64,000 bases of DNA from Waterburya sp. (GTDB taxonomy: Bacteria > Cyanobacteriota > Cyanobacteriia > Cyanobacteriales > Xenococcaceae), in NCBI GenBank assembly GCA_965217895.1, contig CBDCJV010000002.1, positions 3,136,001-3,200,000 on the forward strand, written 5' to 3'. Under the pieces are notes generated by a model. It ran no database searches and was not told the DNA's origin. It saw nothing but the letters and a program-made list of their open reading frames with translations. Made by a program: the position numbers and the translations under genes. Shown in pieces: positions 41,201 to 51,942 of the stretch (within the stretch, counting starts at the first letter, position 1; each line of letters opens with the position of its first letter).

Positions 41201-42835
41201 TTGGACATCAGCGAAAAGTCAATAGATCGAGAAAAGCTTAACTTCACTACCAAGCTGGCATATGGTGCTGGGGATATGGGCCCAGCCATCACGGCTAATA
41301 TTTTAGTATTTTTTCTGTTATATTTCTTTACTAATGTGGCGGGACTACCTGCGGGTTTAGCGGGAAGCATTTTAGCTATTGGTAAGGTTGGAGATGCGAT
41401 TAACGATCCCATTGCGGGAATTTTGAGCGATCGCACTCGTACCAGATGGGGAAGGCGTATACCCTGGATGCTATTTGGCGCAATTCCCTTTGGAATTTTC
41501 TTTTTTCTTCAATGGATTGTACCTACATTTAGCGAAGATCCTAACGTCAATAATTGGGGACTGTTTGCCTATTATGTAGTCGTAGCAACGCTGTTTAATA
41601 TAGCCTATACGGCAGTGAATTTACCTTATACGGCACTAACTCCCGAACTAACCCAAGACTACGATGAACGAACCAGCTTAAATAGTTTTCGCTTTGCCTT
41701 TTCCATTGGTGGAAGTATTTTATCTTTAATTTTAGCGACGGTTATTTTTAAAGTTTATTCTGACGATCCCAAGCAACAATATTTAATTTTGGGAGGAGTT
41801 TCTAGTTTAATCTCAATAATTGCCTTATTTTGGTGTACCTTTAGGATTCAAGAACGAGGTGCAGCACCGCTTTTGCAACAGCAAGGAAAAAAAATATTCG
41901 GCTTTATTTTAACTGCGGTTGGGGCATTAGGAACAGCTTATGGTGCCAGCCAAATAGCTAGTAGTACGAGAGTTAGCGTTCTAGGCATTGCCAGTATTTT
42001 ATTTGGTTTACAGTTTATTGGTTTTGGTTTGACCTTGATTTTAGCTAAGACCGAATCTCATTTAAATAGTTCTGAAGCAGTTGAAGCGAGAAATTTGGCT
42101 AATAGTGTTCCCAGTGTTCCGATTCGAGAACAGTTAAAGGTGGCATTTGCCAATAAAGCATTTTTATATGTAATTGGCATCTACTTATGTTCTTGGTTGG
42201 GAGTGCAGCTAACCGCTTCAATTCTGATTTACTATGTCGTCAGTTGGATGGGAATGGATGAAGCTGCTTTTCCGACATTTGCGATCGCCGTACAGGGAAC
42301 AGCCTTAGTCATGCTGTTTTTCTGGAAGTTTGTCAGCGACAAGCTGGGTAAAAAAGCTGTTTATTATCTTGGGATGGTTGTTTGGATTGTTGCTCAAGCA
42401 GGCTTATTCTTGATTCAGCCTGGTCAAACCAGAGAACTCTATATCTTGGCTATCATGGCTGGTTTTGGTGTCTCTGTAGCCTATCTTATTCCTTGGTCAA
42501 TGATTCCCGATGTGGTGGATTTAGATGAACTAAATACGGAACAAAGAAGGGAAGGAGTTTTTTACAGTTTTATGGTACTGCTGCAAAAGCTTGGTTTAGC
42601 CTTAGCATTATTTTTAGTCGGACAAGCCTTAGAATTCTCTGGTTTTGTTGCCCGAATACCAGGAGAACCTATCCCAGTACAGCCAGATAGTGCATTACTA
42701 GCTATCCGTATTGCGATCGCGCCTTTGCCTACAGTATTTCTAATTATTGGTTTAGTTTTGACCTATTTCTATCCGATTACCAAAGAAGTCCACGCCGATA
42801 TTCGGATGCAGCTAAAAGCCAGAAAAAATAGTTAA
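41201..42835 (+). CDS. MFS glycoside-pentoside-hexuronide (MelB-like) symporter
   Basis: KLAYGAGD, DAINDPIAGILSDRTRTRWGRRIPW and RREGVFY. Confidence 0.9.
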   Translation: MDISEKSIDREKLNFTTKLAYGAGDMGPAITANILVFFLLYFFTNVAGLPAGLAGSILAIGKVGDAINDPIAGILSDRTRTRWGRRIPWMLFGAIPFGIFFFLQWIVPTFSEDPNVNNWGLFAYYVVVATLFNIAYTAVNLPYTALTPELTQDYDERTSLNSFRFAFSIGGSILSLILATVIFKVYSDDPKQQYLILGGVSSLISIIALFWCTFRIQERGAAPLLQQQGKKIFGFILTAVGALGTAYGASQIASSTRVSVLGIASILFGLQFIGFGLTLILAKTESHLNSSEAVEARNLANSVPSVPIREQLKVAFANKAFLYVIGIYLCSWLGVQLTASILIYYVVSWMGMDEAAFPTFAIAVQGTALVMLFFWKFVSDKLGKKAVYYLGMVVWIVAQAGLFLIQPGQTRELYILAIMAGFGVSVAYLIPWSMIPDVVDLDELNTEQRREGVFYSFMVLLQKLGLALALFLVGQALEFSGFVARIPGEPIPVQPDSALLAIRIAIAPLPTVFLIIGLVLTYFYPITKEVHADIRMQLKARKNS

Positions 42836-42859
42836 AAACACAATTAGAAATATACACAA

Positions 42860-43055
42860 CATATTGAAAAACCAAGCACCCAGTTATTAAGCCAAAACTA
42901 AACCTTAGATTAGGAAACAGAGATAGTTTTAGCATTGGCTGTTTGTGACGATTTTCTATAGCCAAAAAGAGCAGAAAACCCAAAACAGCACTAATGAGCA
43001 AGATAAGTACAATTTTTTGCTCGAAACCCTGCTGTTGTCCTAAAGACATACTGGC
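42860..43055 (-). pseudogene. Internal fragment of a DHA2 (EmrB/QacA-type) MFS gene
   Basis: SLGQQQGF...LFLAIENRHKQPMLKLSLFPNLRFSFGL resembles the middle of 14-TM MFS exporters; no full gene is present. Confidence 0.55.
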
Positions 43056-43085
43056 TGAATACTGTTATAGATTCGTTCTACTTAA

Positions 43086-43475
43086 TTAATGCCGATAATA
43101 TTCGCTGCTGCTAGGATCTTCTTCTCTAGATCTGTCATCTCTATAATATCTATCTTCTTCTCTACTAGGTCGATCTCGATCCCAATAAATATCATTTTCA
43201 TTTTCACGATCTCTTTCATATTCTATTTCTCTTCGACGCTGTTCGGCCTCTTGGTAATCTCTACTGCCTCTACCATCCCTATATTCAATTTCATCTTTTC
43301 CCAAATCTTCATCTGCTTCTTGCCTATACTTTGATTCGTTAGGTTCGCCTTTAGCTAAATAGCCTCTCTTATCTAAGACGATGTTTTGCTGAATAGGATT
43401 TAACTCAATTGAGTTTTTACCCTGACAAATATTGATCGACAAAGCCAATGAACCAGCACAAATTATTTCTAACAT
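43086..43475 (-). CDS. Hypothetical protein with a low-complexity R/D/E-rich C-terminus
   Basis: 129-aa ORF with a hydrophobic N-terminus and repeated RDxxSREED. Confidence 0.55.
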   Translation of the reverse strand: MLEIICAGSLALSINICQGKNSIELNPIQQNIVLDKRGYLAKGEPNESKYRQEADEDLGKDEIEYRDGRGSRDYQEAEQRRREIEYERDRENENDIYWDRDRPSREEDRYYRDDRSREEDPSSSEYYRH

Positions 43476-43577
43476 AATATTTTTTTGTTTAAGATATTGA
43501 TATTATAGAAAACAGGCATTTCAATTAATGCCTGCATAATTTTGTCTTAGAAAAATAGCAATTAGATAGATCTTAAT

Positions 43578-44288
43578 CTAAACAATATTAATATCTTGAG
43601 AAGGAATAAAATCAACGTTTCCTTCGATAATGGCAAAAGTTTCGCCATCAAATGATACTTCTCCCGAACCTTGATTGTAGCTAAAGCGATCTATCTCATC
43701 AGTATCTATACCAAATCCTTCGGCAACTACTTCAATCTTGTCATCTTCTTGAAAGAAAAAGTCTTGGATAGTGTCAATTCCTGTACCTAAAATAGTGGCA
43801 AAGACAAAGGTATCCGATCCTATACCTCCATTAAGAAGATCGTCTCCTGCCTCTCCTTCTAAGATATCGTCGCCATCGCCACCGACCAAAATATCATTAC
43901 CCGAACTCCCTAATAAAGTATCATTATCAGCTTCCCCATAGAGTTCGTCGTCACCATCTCCACCATCTAAGGTATCATCTCCATTAAAGCCAAAGAGAAT
44001 ATCTCGATCTAATTCTCCAGAAAGTAAATCATCACCTTCTCCCCCTGAGAGGGTATCTAGACCATTGTAGCCAAGTAAGGTGTCGTCACCATCTTCTCCA
44101 GCTACATAATCATCACCTTCTCCGCCATTAATATTGTCATTACCATCAAAGCCAAGGAGAGTATCATTACCCAAGTAACCATCTATAGTATCGTCTCCCT
44201 CACGACCATCCATTAAATCATCTTCTGCACTTAAGGGAAAAATAACTCGGAAATCATCGCTCTGTGAAGTACCAACAAAATTAGCCAT
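43578..44288 (-). CDS. RTX/hemolysin-type calcium-binding repeat protein
   Basis: Multiple GGxGxDxL nonapeptides and a C-terminal DTIQDF. Confidence 0.88.
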   Translation of the reverse strand: MANFVGTSQSDDFRVIFPLSAEDDLMDGREGDDTIDGYLGNDTLLGFDGNDNINGGEGDDYVAGEDGDDTLLGYNGLDTLSGGEGDDLLSGELDRDILFGFNGDDTLDGGDGDDELYGEADNDTLLGSSGNDILVGGDGDDILEGEAGDDLLNGGIGSDTFVFATILGTGIDTIQDFFFQEDDKIEVVAEGFGIDTDEIDRFSYNQGSGEVSFDGETFAIIEGNVDFIPSQDINIV

Positions 44289-44908
44289 ATTGATTATTTT
44301 CTCTCTTGCATTAAGGTAAAAACTTGACGCTGTAGTATTTATAAATTAATAAACACCTGCATAGTTAAAAAGTTAAAGAATTAAGATAAAAAAGTTGGTA
44401 AAGCCATTAGATATTATTTGGTTGACAAGTTTTCAACTTTTTGTATACCTTGAAAATTAGCTGTAGACGTAATGATTTATTAAATTGTTTCCGATCTAAA
44501 ATATTCTTTAGTTTATGGAATTAGTAATAGTAAAAAACAACTTTATTAATTTAAAAAATAAAAGTGATGCTTGCACCTAGTAGAGTGAGCGTAAATAAAG
44601 TAAGTATTAAGAGAAAAGCGATCGCGAAAAACAGCTTTTAAGCTAAACAGCGAAACCATTTTTTATCTATTTAACCTTAAAAGACTTAGAGCCTAGAGCT
44701 ACGAACAGTACTATTTTGAAGTCAGGGATTTCTTTTTTGGGCGAGGAGGTTTAACAATTCCTAAGACAACAGTTAGGACAGTTAAGCAGTTAGAACAGTT
44801 AAAGCAGTTGAAAAGCCTAATTTACCGTTGATTATCTTCAACTCCAAAAGGGCTTTGATAGCTGTTGTTTCGTTAATAATTAAATTTTGTCCGAACCATT
44901 ACTAAGAA

Positions 44909-46237
44909 TCAATTTGCAAAAATTAATTCTAATCGTTGCTGCGATCGCTTTAATGCTTCAGTGGGAGTTTGTTTGCCTAAAAGACTAGCTTCAATCGCCC
45001 GACCTAAATTCTCTGAAAGTCTAGTATATTGAGGGATAATCGGACGAGATTTTGCCCACTTCATTTGATCGAGAAAGACTTTTACTACAGGGTTTGACTC
45101 TACAAAATCTTGATATTCTTGGCTTTGTTGCGACCTGATATTTACGGGTAAATAGCCTGTTTGTAATGCCCAAGCAGTTTGAAACTCTTCGCTAAGGATA
45201 TATTCTAAGAATTTTAGGCTGGCTTGTTCTCTCTCTGGAACTGTTTTAAACACAAATAGATTTTCGCCACCAATTACCGCAGCAGGCTTTTTATCAACAG
45301 GGATAGGAAAAACATCATAATCTATATTGGCTAATTTTAACTCAGCCAATGTCCAAGGTCCTGTAACTTGCATTGCCACCTTACCAGCGATAAAGTCATC
45401 AATTTCGTAACCCCTTTCGGGTGGAGACAAGACAGCTACCCCAGATTGAACTAGATCCGATCCTAACTGTAAGGCTGCGATCGCGCCATCGTTAACTAAA
45501 TCTGGTTGACCATTTTTTAGCAAATCTCCTCCAGCACTGTAAATAAAAGGCAGCCAGGTAAATACATTCCATTCTCCTTTCCCCAAAGATAGATAAATAC
45601 CGTGTCGATCTAGGCGTTTGTCGTTATTAGTATCCTGGGTTAAAGCTTTAGCTGTTTGTTTTAATTCTGTCCAAGTTCGAGGAACTTTAGTAACTCCTGC
45701 TTGTTTAAATAAACTGGGGCGATAAAATACTGCGCCGTTGTTGGTAGCTAAAGGAACAGATAAAATATGTCCGTCTAGCTTCATCGAGTCAAACATGGCT
45801 GGATCTATTTCTGATTTTAGCGGTGAATTATCCAGCCAGTCTTCTAAAGGTAATAATGCACCCAACTGAGCAAGTTTACCCGTAATTTGGGGAACAAACC
45901 AGAGAATGTCAGGAGGTTGATTGCTAACGGTAGCAGCTAATATTTTTGGTAGTTGAGCATCAGGTTGACCGATATATAAAGCCTCGACCTCAATATCTGG
46001 GTTTTTTTGGTTAAACTGGGTAACTAATCCCTGAAAAATATCGCGATTTTCAGGAGGATTAATACCGTGCCAAAAAGTTATCTTAATATTTTCCTGCCTG
46101 TTTGTTTGCCCTCGGCTGCTACAACCACCAATTAATAACAAGCATAAAAGACCAAAAATAAATAAGACTATGATGCAAATTTGATAGTTGAATTTATAAT
46201 TACTTTTCGATAACTCTCGATTAAACACTATTAGCAT
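44909..46237 (-). CDS. Sugar ABC transporter substrate-binding lipoprotein
   Basis: Lipobox-like GGCS and ITFWHG, PPDILW, GKVAMQVTGPW, GGENL. Confidence 0.88.
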   Translation of the reverse strand: MLIVFNRELSKSNYKFNYQICIIVLFIFGLLCLLLIGGCSSRGQTNRQENIKITFWHGINPPENRDIFQGLVTQFNQKNPDIEVEALYIGQPDAQLPKILAATVSNQPPDILWFVPQITGKLAQLGALLPLEDWLDNSPLKSEIDPAMFDSMKLDGHILSVPLATNNGAVFYRPSLFKQAGVTKVPRTWTELKQTAKALTQDTNNDKRLDRHGIYLSLGKGEWNVFTWLPFIYSAGGDLLKNGQPDLVNDGAIAALQLGSDLVQSGVAVLSPPERGYEIDDFIAGKVAMQVTGPWTLAELKLANIDYDVFPIPVDKKPAAVIGGENLFVFKTVPEREQASLKFLEYILSEEFQTAWALQTGYLPVNIRSQQSQEYQDFVESNPVVKVFLDQMKWAKSRPIIPQYTRLSENLGRAIEASLLGKQTPTEALKRSQQRLELIFAN

Positions 46238-46240
46238 AGG

Positions 46241-46352
46241 TATAGCCGTACAAAATTAGATTAGGACACATAAGATATCTGCTCGAAAGTAGCAAGTAGC
46301 AAGTAGCAAGTAGCAAGTTTAAAATGTCCTAACGTTCGTACGTGATGCTATA
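46241..46352. mobile_element. MITE-like element with an internal (AGTAGCA)x4 tract
   Basis: Inverted ends tatagc..cgtac..ttaggaca and tgtcctaa..gtacg..gctata. Confidence 0.5.
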
Positions 46353-46459
46353 TATTGAGCAAATTTTGGTAATTACAAATATTTTAGATACTTAGAAGTA
46401 TACAAGATAAGAATCTTTGTGTATTAGCCGACTATTAAACAGGATAATCTTAGAAAAAG

Positions 46460-47485
46460 ATGAAGCGTAAAGCCTTTCAACGTAAACTTTACCATATTTT
46501 AGAAAATGCTGACTACGGTAATTGGATTAGTAGATTAGACCAAATTTTCTTTTCTGTCTTAATCTTGCTAGATATTAGTGCTTTTATTTTAGAAACTTCA
46601 CAACCGATAAATCAAAATTATCATTGGCTGTTTAGAGACATTGGTATCTTTTCTACCGTAGTTTTTACCGTAGAATATGGATTGCGTTTATGGCTATGTA
46701 CTGTTGAACATCAATTTCATCATCCCGTATGGGGTAGGCTGCGCTATGCTTTTACACCAATGGCGATTATTGATTTTATCTCTACCTTTCCTTTTTACCT
46801 GTTGTTAGTGTTTCACAACTTAGCTGTGCTTAAAACCCTAAGACTGCTTAGATTGGCGCGGATTCTCAAAATTGGTAGACACTCAAAATCGGTTCGTTCT
46901 CTAGTTAGAGTGATTATCAGTAAGCAGGAAGAACTATTTATTACCCTCTCAATCATTGCTTTTTTGCTAATTATTGCTTCAAGCTTAATGTTTTTTGCCG
47001 AACACGATGCCCAACCAGAAGCCTTTTCCAGTATTCCTGCTGCTATGTGGTGGGGAGTTATCACTTTAACCACTGTTGGCTATGGCGATATTTATCCAGT
47101 TACCGTCACAGGTAAATTATTAGGCGCAAGTTTAGCCTGTTTTGGTATTGGCGTGTTTGTTCTTCCCGCAGGTATTGTTGCTTCTAGCTTTGCAGCCGAA
47201 GTTAGTAGGGATGAAATAAATCCTGCACGTATAGTCAAAGAAAATCTTGAACCAGAGTCCATAGATATCCAAGATAATAACTTTTTTGAGCAGCAATCCA
47301 GCTTAAATCAATCATTGCAGCAAATACAGGCAGATGCCAAATTATTGAAACATTGTTTGCAAACTGCGCAAACAGAGTTAGGAGATATAGAATCTAGTCA
47401 AGATGCGATCGCATCTTGGGCAATGTTTCTTTATGTTCAGGCAAAACAAGAATCTGACTTATTAAAAATAGCAAATAAAGAATAA
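46460..47485 (+). CDS. Voltage-gated-type potassium channel (6TM ion transporter)
   Basis: S4-like LRLLRLARILK and selectivity filter TTVGYGD. Confidence 0.92.
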   Translation: MKRKAFQRKLYHILENADYGNWISRLDQIFFSVLILLDISAFILETSQPINQNYHWLFRDIGIFSTVVFTVEYGLRLWLCTVEHQFHHPVWGRLRYAFTPMAIIDFISTFPFYLLLVFHNLAVLKTLRLLRLARILKIGRHSKSVRSLVRVIISKQEELFITLSIIAFLLIIASSLMFFAEHDAQPEAFSSIPAAMWWGVITLTTVGYGDIYPVTVTGKLLGASLACFGIGVFVLPAGIVASSFAAEVSRDEINPARIVKENLEPESIDIQDNNFFEQQSSLNQSLQQIQADAKLLKHCLQTAQTELGDIESSQDAIASWAMFLYVQAKQESDLLKIANKE

Positions 47486-47501
47486 GTAATGAGTACAAAA
47501 C

Positions 47502-48878
47502 TCAGGATTTAATTGCCTCAACTCTCATTTTTACACCACCATCAGGAGTAAAAGTAAAGCCACGACGAGCGGGTTTGATAGAGCGATTATCCAGCAGTTC
47601 TAATTTTACTTTAGACAAGATAGTTGCTAAAACTAACTTCATTTCATATAGGGCAAAGGCATAACCCAAGCAGCGACGATTTCCTCCACCAAAAGGTAAA
47701 TATTCATAGGGTGAAAATTGTCTTTCCATAAATCTTTCTGGTTTAAACTTTTTGGGTTCAGGATATATATCTTCCCGTTGATGAGTTAGATAAATACTGG
47801 GCAATAAAGATGTACCAGGTTCAAACTCATATCCCATTAATTCAAAAGGTTGTTTTAACTTTCTCCCAACAAACACAACCACAGGATTTAGTCTCAAAGT
47901 TTCTGATACTACTGCACTTAGATAGGGAAGTTTGGCAATCTCGGTAAACGAACCATTGTCAGCCAGAGAATCTAATTCTGCTTGGCATTTTTGACCAACT
48001 TCAGGTAGACGATGTAGCCAATAAAACGACCAAGCCAAAGAACTTGCAGTAGTTTCATGTCCTGCAAACAGCATGGTCATTAGCTCGTCTCGTATTTCCT
48101 CATCACTCATAGGTTGCCCATCTTCGTATCGTGCCTCGAGTAATAGGCTAAGAAGATCTTCTCCTAAAGCATCTGGATTCTGCCTACGGCGATCGCATTC
48201 TGCCTGTAAAATTTCCTCGATCTGACGCTTTTGTCGCAAAAACTTATTCCAGGGAGTTAAGCCACCTAAGTCTTTTTGTAACCAAGGAAAAAACAGAAAA
48301 AAAGAGTTTAAAGGTGAATTAAATATGTCTAGGTAATCTACTAGAATCTTACTCAGGCGATCGTATCTTTTCCCTGACTCTAAACCAAAAATTGTTCTTA
48401 AAATAATTCGCAGCGAGATTTCTTGGGTATAGTCACGAATACAGATAGTTTGATCAACTTGCCATTGAGATATAACTTCCTTGGTGGCATCGACCATAGT
48501 TTGACCATAGCTTTTCATTCTCTCTCCATGAAAAGGTGGCATCAATAGCTTACGCTGTCTTTGGTGTTGCACACCATCAAGTAATACTAAAGAACTATCT
48601 CCTAACAGAAGTCTAATTGGTGCATTAGATTGTTGGTCAACTTCAAACAGGTTGGGATCGGCAGTAAAAACTTTTTCTATTGCTTGAGGATCGCTAAAAA
48701 TAGCAGAAGGTGGAAATAGAGAAGACTTGGGCGCGTAAAAAATATCTCCATATTTGCGTTGAAACTTTTCTAAAGTTCCAAATTGGTCAAGTATTGCCTG
48801 AATGAGTATTAATGGTGGTGGAATTTTTGAACCTGGAGGCAGTTTGGGTTTGGTTGAGGATGTAGGCGCAGTAGTCAT
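47502..48878 (-). CDS. Cytochrome P450 (CYP110-like)
   Basis: Motifs AGHETT, ETLR, PERF and FGGGNRRCLG. Confidence 0.95.
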   Translation of the reverse strand: MTTAPTSSTKPKLPPGSKIPPPLILIQAILDQFGTLEKFQRKYGDIFYAPKSSLFPPSAIFSDPQAIEKVFTADPNLFEVDQQSNAPIRLLLGDSSLVLLDGVQHQRQRKLLMPPFHGERMKSYGQTMVDATKEVISQWQVDQTICIRDYTQEISLRIILRTIFGLESGKRYDRLSKILVDYLDIFNSPLNSFFLFFPWLQKDLGGLTPWNKFLRQKRQIEEILQAECDRRRQNPDALGEDLLSLLLEARYEDGQPMSDEEIRDELMTMLFAGHETTASSLAWSFYWLHRLPEVGQKCQAELDSLADNGSFTEIAKLPYLSAVVSETLRLNPVVVFVGRKLKQPFELMGYEFEPGTSLLPSIYLTHQREDIYPEPKKFKPERFMERQFSPYEYLPFGGGNRRCLGYAFALYEMKLVLATILSKVKLELLDNRSIKPARRGFTFTPDGGVKMRVEAIKS

Positions 48879-48906
48879 AACTAGCGGTGATTATTGATTA
48901 CTAAGT

Positions 48907-49203
48907 TTAGGCTTTCTTGACTCTACGCTGAGCATCAGGACAAGGAGGAGAGGCAAGAGAGCCATCTAGCCAGCCAACAGCCTGATTGAGATGCTGTAAA
49001 GCTTCTTGGGGTTGCTCTTTTAGTAAAAACACCAGTGCAGAAGTTAGCTGTTGTTTTGCCTGGGCTTGTCGATTGCCTTTTAAGCGATGCCAATCTTGAT
49101 GGGCAATTAAACTGCGTTCGACTAAAGCCTGAGCTAGTTCTAAATCGGTTAAATCAGCAGAAACTTTGCTTTGATTCGTAGATAAAGGCGTTACTTTAAA
49201 CAT
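48907..49203 (-). CDS. Small conserved cyanobacterial hypothetical protein
   Basis: ELAQALVER..DWHRLKGNR...GWLDGSLASPPCP. Confidence 0.75.
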   Translation of the reverse strand: MFKVTPLSTNQSKVSADLTDLELAQALVERSLIAHQDWHRLKGNRQAQAKQQLTSALVFLLKEQPQEALQHLNQAVGWLDGSLASPPCPDAQRRVKKA

Positions 49204-49253
49204 AGGTTAATATCGTGTCAATCTAACTATATTGCTTCACTTTAATTCTAACG

Positions 49254-49598
49254 ATGTCATCTCCCCAATCTGGCAATACGCAAGAAAACGAATTAGAAAA
49301 GATTTTAATTGAAGTTGAAACATCACTTCTACAGCTACAGAAGCGTCATGCTCAAGTTAAACAAGATTTGAAAGCGCGATCGCACCTTTTAGAGCGTCAA
49401 CAAGAACTCAAACAGCAGCAAAAAAATAAATCTATTCCTCAACCCTTAAAGACTGAACTACGCAGCCTTCAGCAAGAGCTAGATAGCCTAGAGCTAAACC
49501 TCGAAAGCGTTTTGCTACCCGATATCTTTTGGCAAGTAGTACGCTTTGTCTTTTTAGGAATTGCGATCGGCTGGTTTCTTCACATTTGGGCAACCTAA
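49254..49598 (+). CDS. Hypothetical coiled-coil protein with a C-terminal TM helix
   Basis: Coiled coil followed by FWQVVRFVFLGIAIGWFL. Confidence 0.75.
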   Translation: MSSPQSGNTQENELEKILIEVETSLLQLQKRHAQVKQDLKARSHLLERQQELKQQQKNKSIPQPLKTELRSLQQELDSLELNLESVLLPDIFWQVVRFVFLGIAIGWFLHIWAT

Positions 49599-49701
49599 AG
49601 ACAGTTAAGATAGTCATTCTGGTGGTGCAACGCGCTTTAAACCGCGTCTACATAGAAAACACCCGAACTCAGGTCAATTTAGGACAGCAAGGAACATTAG
49701 A

Positions 49702-50940
49702 CTAACTGCGCATTACCCGTTCAACAGTTTTAAGCTGTCGAATAAAAAGCATCGAACCAGCCAAACAAACTAAACCATTAAAAACAAAGGTATTAACTAC
49801 TCCAATCTGACTAGCCAGCCACCCAGAAAATAAATTGCCAAAGGGAACTACACCCATAAAAGCCATAGAAACTAGGCTCATTAATCTGCCTATTTTGTCA
49901 TCATCGACTATGGTTTGTATGACTGTATTGGTAGAAGCTAGCTGTAAAATGACGCTAAAGCCAATCAGCACCATAACTGGGAGAGAAAACAATAAAATAT
50001 TAGAGAAAGAGAAAATAATAAAGCCAGTTCCCAGTAGCATAGGCGCGATCGCGATCGCCTTTTCTAAACCATATATATGCGACCTAGAACTAAGATAAAC
50101 GCTGGCAATTAAAGCCCCCAGTGCCGAAGCACCCATCAGTAATCCTAAAGTCTGGGAATCGCCTTTAAGAATATCAGCAGCAAAAATGGGGATCAAAATT
50201 ACATAGGGTAAGCCGACAAAGCCTAGCAAGGATAGCAATAGCAGCATCGAACGAATTGCCGAATTGTTATAAGCATAGTCAAATCCTTCCCTCAGCTTTT
50301 GCATGGTGGAGGTAGTGCTAGAAGCAATCTTAGTTGCGGGAACTTTCATCACCAAAAAAGCAGCAATTACCGCTATATAACTAATGCCGTCAAGCAAAAA
50401 GCAAATGCCCGCACCGACGCTAGCCACTAAAAAACCAGCTACCGCCGGACCAATTAATCTGGCACTACTAATCAAAGATGAATTAAGGGCGATCGCATTT
50501 CCTAAATCTTCTGGCTGTTCGATAATTTCCTTAACAAAAGCCTGAAGTGTCGGCAAATACAGGGCGTTAACTATACCTTGGAAAACTGAAAGTGCGATAA
50601 TTTGCCAAACGTTGATTATGCCCGTCAAAGCCAATATTGCCAAGAGTAAAGACTGTACCATCGATAAAATCTGAGTGACAATTACAATTCGATGGCGCGA
50701 ACCGCGATCGGCAATTACCCCAGCTATGGGAGAAATAAATAAAGTAGGAATACGACTGGCAAACCCGACTACACCCAGTAGCCAAGCTGACTCGGTTAAT
50801 TGATAAACTAACCAACTAGTAGCCAGAATAGTACTCCAGTTACCAATCTGAGAAATCCCTTGACCAATAAAATAAAGACAATAATTTCGATAGCGAAAGG
50901 CACGTAAAATTGGCAGTTTTTTTTCAATTTTTAGCTTCAA
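49702..50940 (-). CDS. MFS transporter (DHA3/MFS_3-like efflux)
   Basis: About 12 TM segments; GQGISQIGNW, GVIADR and ARLIGPAVAG. Confidence 0.88.
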   Translation of the reverse strand: MKLKIEKKLPILRAFRYRNYCLYFIGQGISQIGNWSTILATSWLVYQLTESAWLLGVVGFASRIPTLFISPIAGVIADRGSRHRIVIVTQILSMVQSLLLAILALTGIINVWQIIALSVFQGIVNALYLPTLQAFVKEIIEQPEDLGNAIALNSSLISSARLIGPAVAGFLVASVGAGICFLLDGISYIAVIAAFLVMKVPATKIASSTTSTMQKLREGFDYAYNNSAIRSMLLLLSLLGFVGLPYVILIPIFAADILKGDSQTLGLLMGASALGALIASVYLSSRSHIYGLEKAIAIAPMLLGTGFIIFSFSNILLFSLPVMVLIGFSVILQLASTNTVIQTIVDDDKIGRLMSLVSMAFMGVVPFGNLFSGWLASQIGVVNTFVFNGLVCLAGSMLFIRQLKTVERVMRS

Positions 50941-50991
50941 AAGTTTTATCCAGTTGGTTAATCAATTGCAGAAGCGGATTATGATAAACCT

Positions 50992-51891
50992 CTACAGCAT
51001 TAGAAATGTAATTAATTGCTGCCATTGGGTAAGATCGCCATTTTTATTAGCCAGAATTTGATTTAGATCGTCGAAATCTCGGTGAAGGCTGTCTTTCAAC
51101 TGACTAGCTTTCTGTTCATAAGCTCTAACCTGCTGAATATTTGACTCTCCCCGCAGTAGATATCGCCAGAAATAATCAAACAGATCTACTAATACTCGAA
51201 AAGGAAAAGGTGCATTGTCATAATCTAGACTAGCTAAATATGCTTCATATTCGCGATCCATCCCCCGAATGATTAAATACTCTAGATAGTTGAGTTTGAC
51301 AAAAGGGTTTTTAGGAAATTGCGCGAGTGCAGTCTGCATTATCTCTAAAGATTTCTCTGTTTGCCCGTGTTTGAGCAGAAATAGAGCATAGCGTTTAATC
51401 GCCCAGGTGTAAGCAGGATTGAGGTCTAAAACCCGTTCGTAACAACTTTGTGCTGCCTCTGTCCGTTCGTATTTTTCCAGAAAATAGGCGTAGTGAGAAA
51501 GAGTCCAAAGATCTTTATCGTATCCGTCATTCAATGCTTGTTCGTACCATTTGGCAGCACGCTCCATCTGGAAATTTCTTTCGAGAATATAGGCATAGTA
51601 ATTTGCTCCCAAACGATCTTCTTGTAGCTTAAAAGCTTTATCTAAATGCCATAGAGCCAGACTGTAATTATAAATTTTGCCGTGACACTGACCGATTCCA
51701 AAATGATAATCAGAAACTTCTTGCTGTCTGAGTAAATAGCGATACAGAGACATTGCCACATTGTAAACATCTTCTTCTCTGAGAAAATCTGCTACCTCAG
51801 TTACAGTTTCCAAAGGATACTGCTGATGATTATCCAAAATTTGCTGATATTCTTTCTCGCGGGCTAATTCCAGTAATTTATTGTTAGTCAT
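50992..51891 (-). CDS. TPR-like protein
   Basis: Helical repeats, e.g. YAYFLEKYERTEAAQSCYERVLDLNP. Confidence 0.75.
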   Translation of the reverse strand: MTNNKLLELAREKEYQQILDNHQQYPLETVTEVADFLREEDVYNVAMSLYRYLLRQQEVSDYHFGIGQCHGKIYNYSLALWHLDKAFKLQEDRLGANYYAYILERNFQMERAAKWYEQALNDGYDKDLWTLSHYAYFLEKYERTEAAQSCYERVLDLNPAYTWAIKRYALFLLKHGQTEKSLEIMQTALAQFPKNPFVKLNYLEYLIIRGMDREYEAYLASLDYDNAPFPFRVLVDLFDYFWRYLLRGESNIQQVRAYEQKASQLKDSLHRDFDDLNQILANKNGDLTQWQQLITFLML

Positions 51892-51942
51892 TGGTTATTA
51901 GTTATTAGTTATTAGTTATTGGTTGTTAGTTATTAGTTGTTA
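51892..51942. repeat. Heptamer tandem repeat (GTTATTA)n
   Basis: About seven degenerate copies fill the intergenic spacer. Confidence 0.75.

Noticed and set aside
44765..44812. Degenerate CAGTTA-containing 9-10 bp tandem repeats
   Set aside because: Short and irregular, with no associated replication or regulatory gene to give them meaning.
47502..48878. P450 as a tailoring enzyme of the polyketide cluster
   Set aside because: It looks like a common CYP110-type gene and is separated from the cluster by two conserved hypothetical genes, one on the opposite strand.
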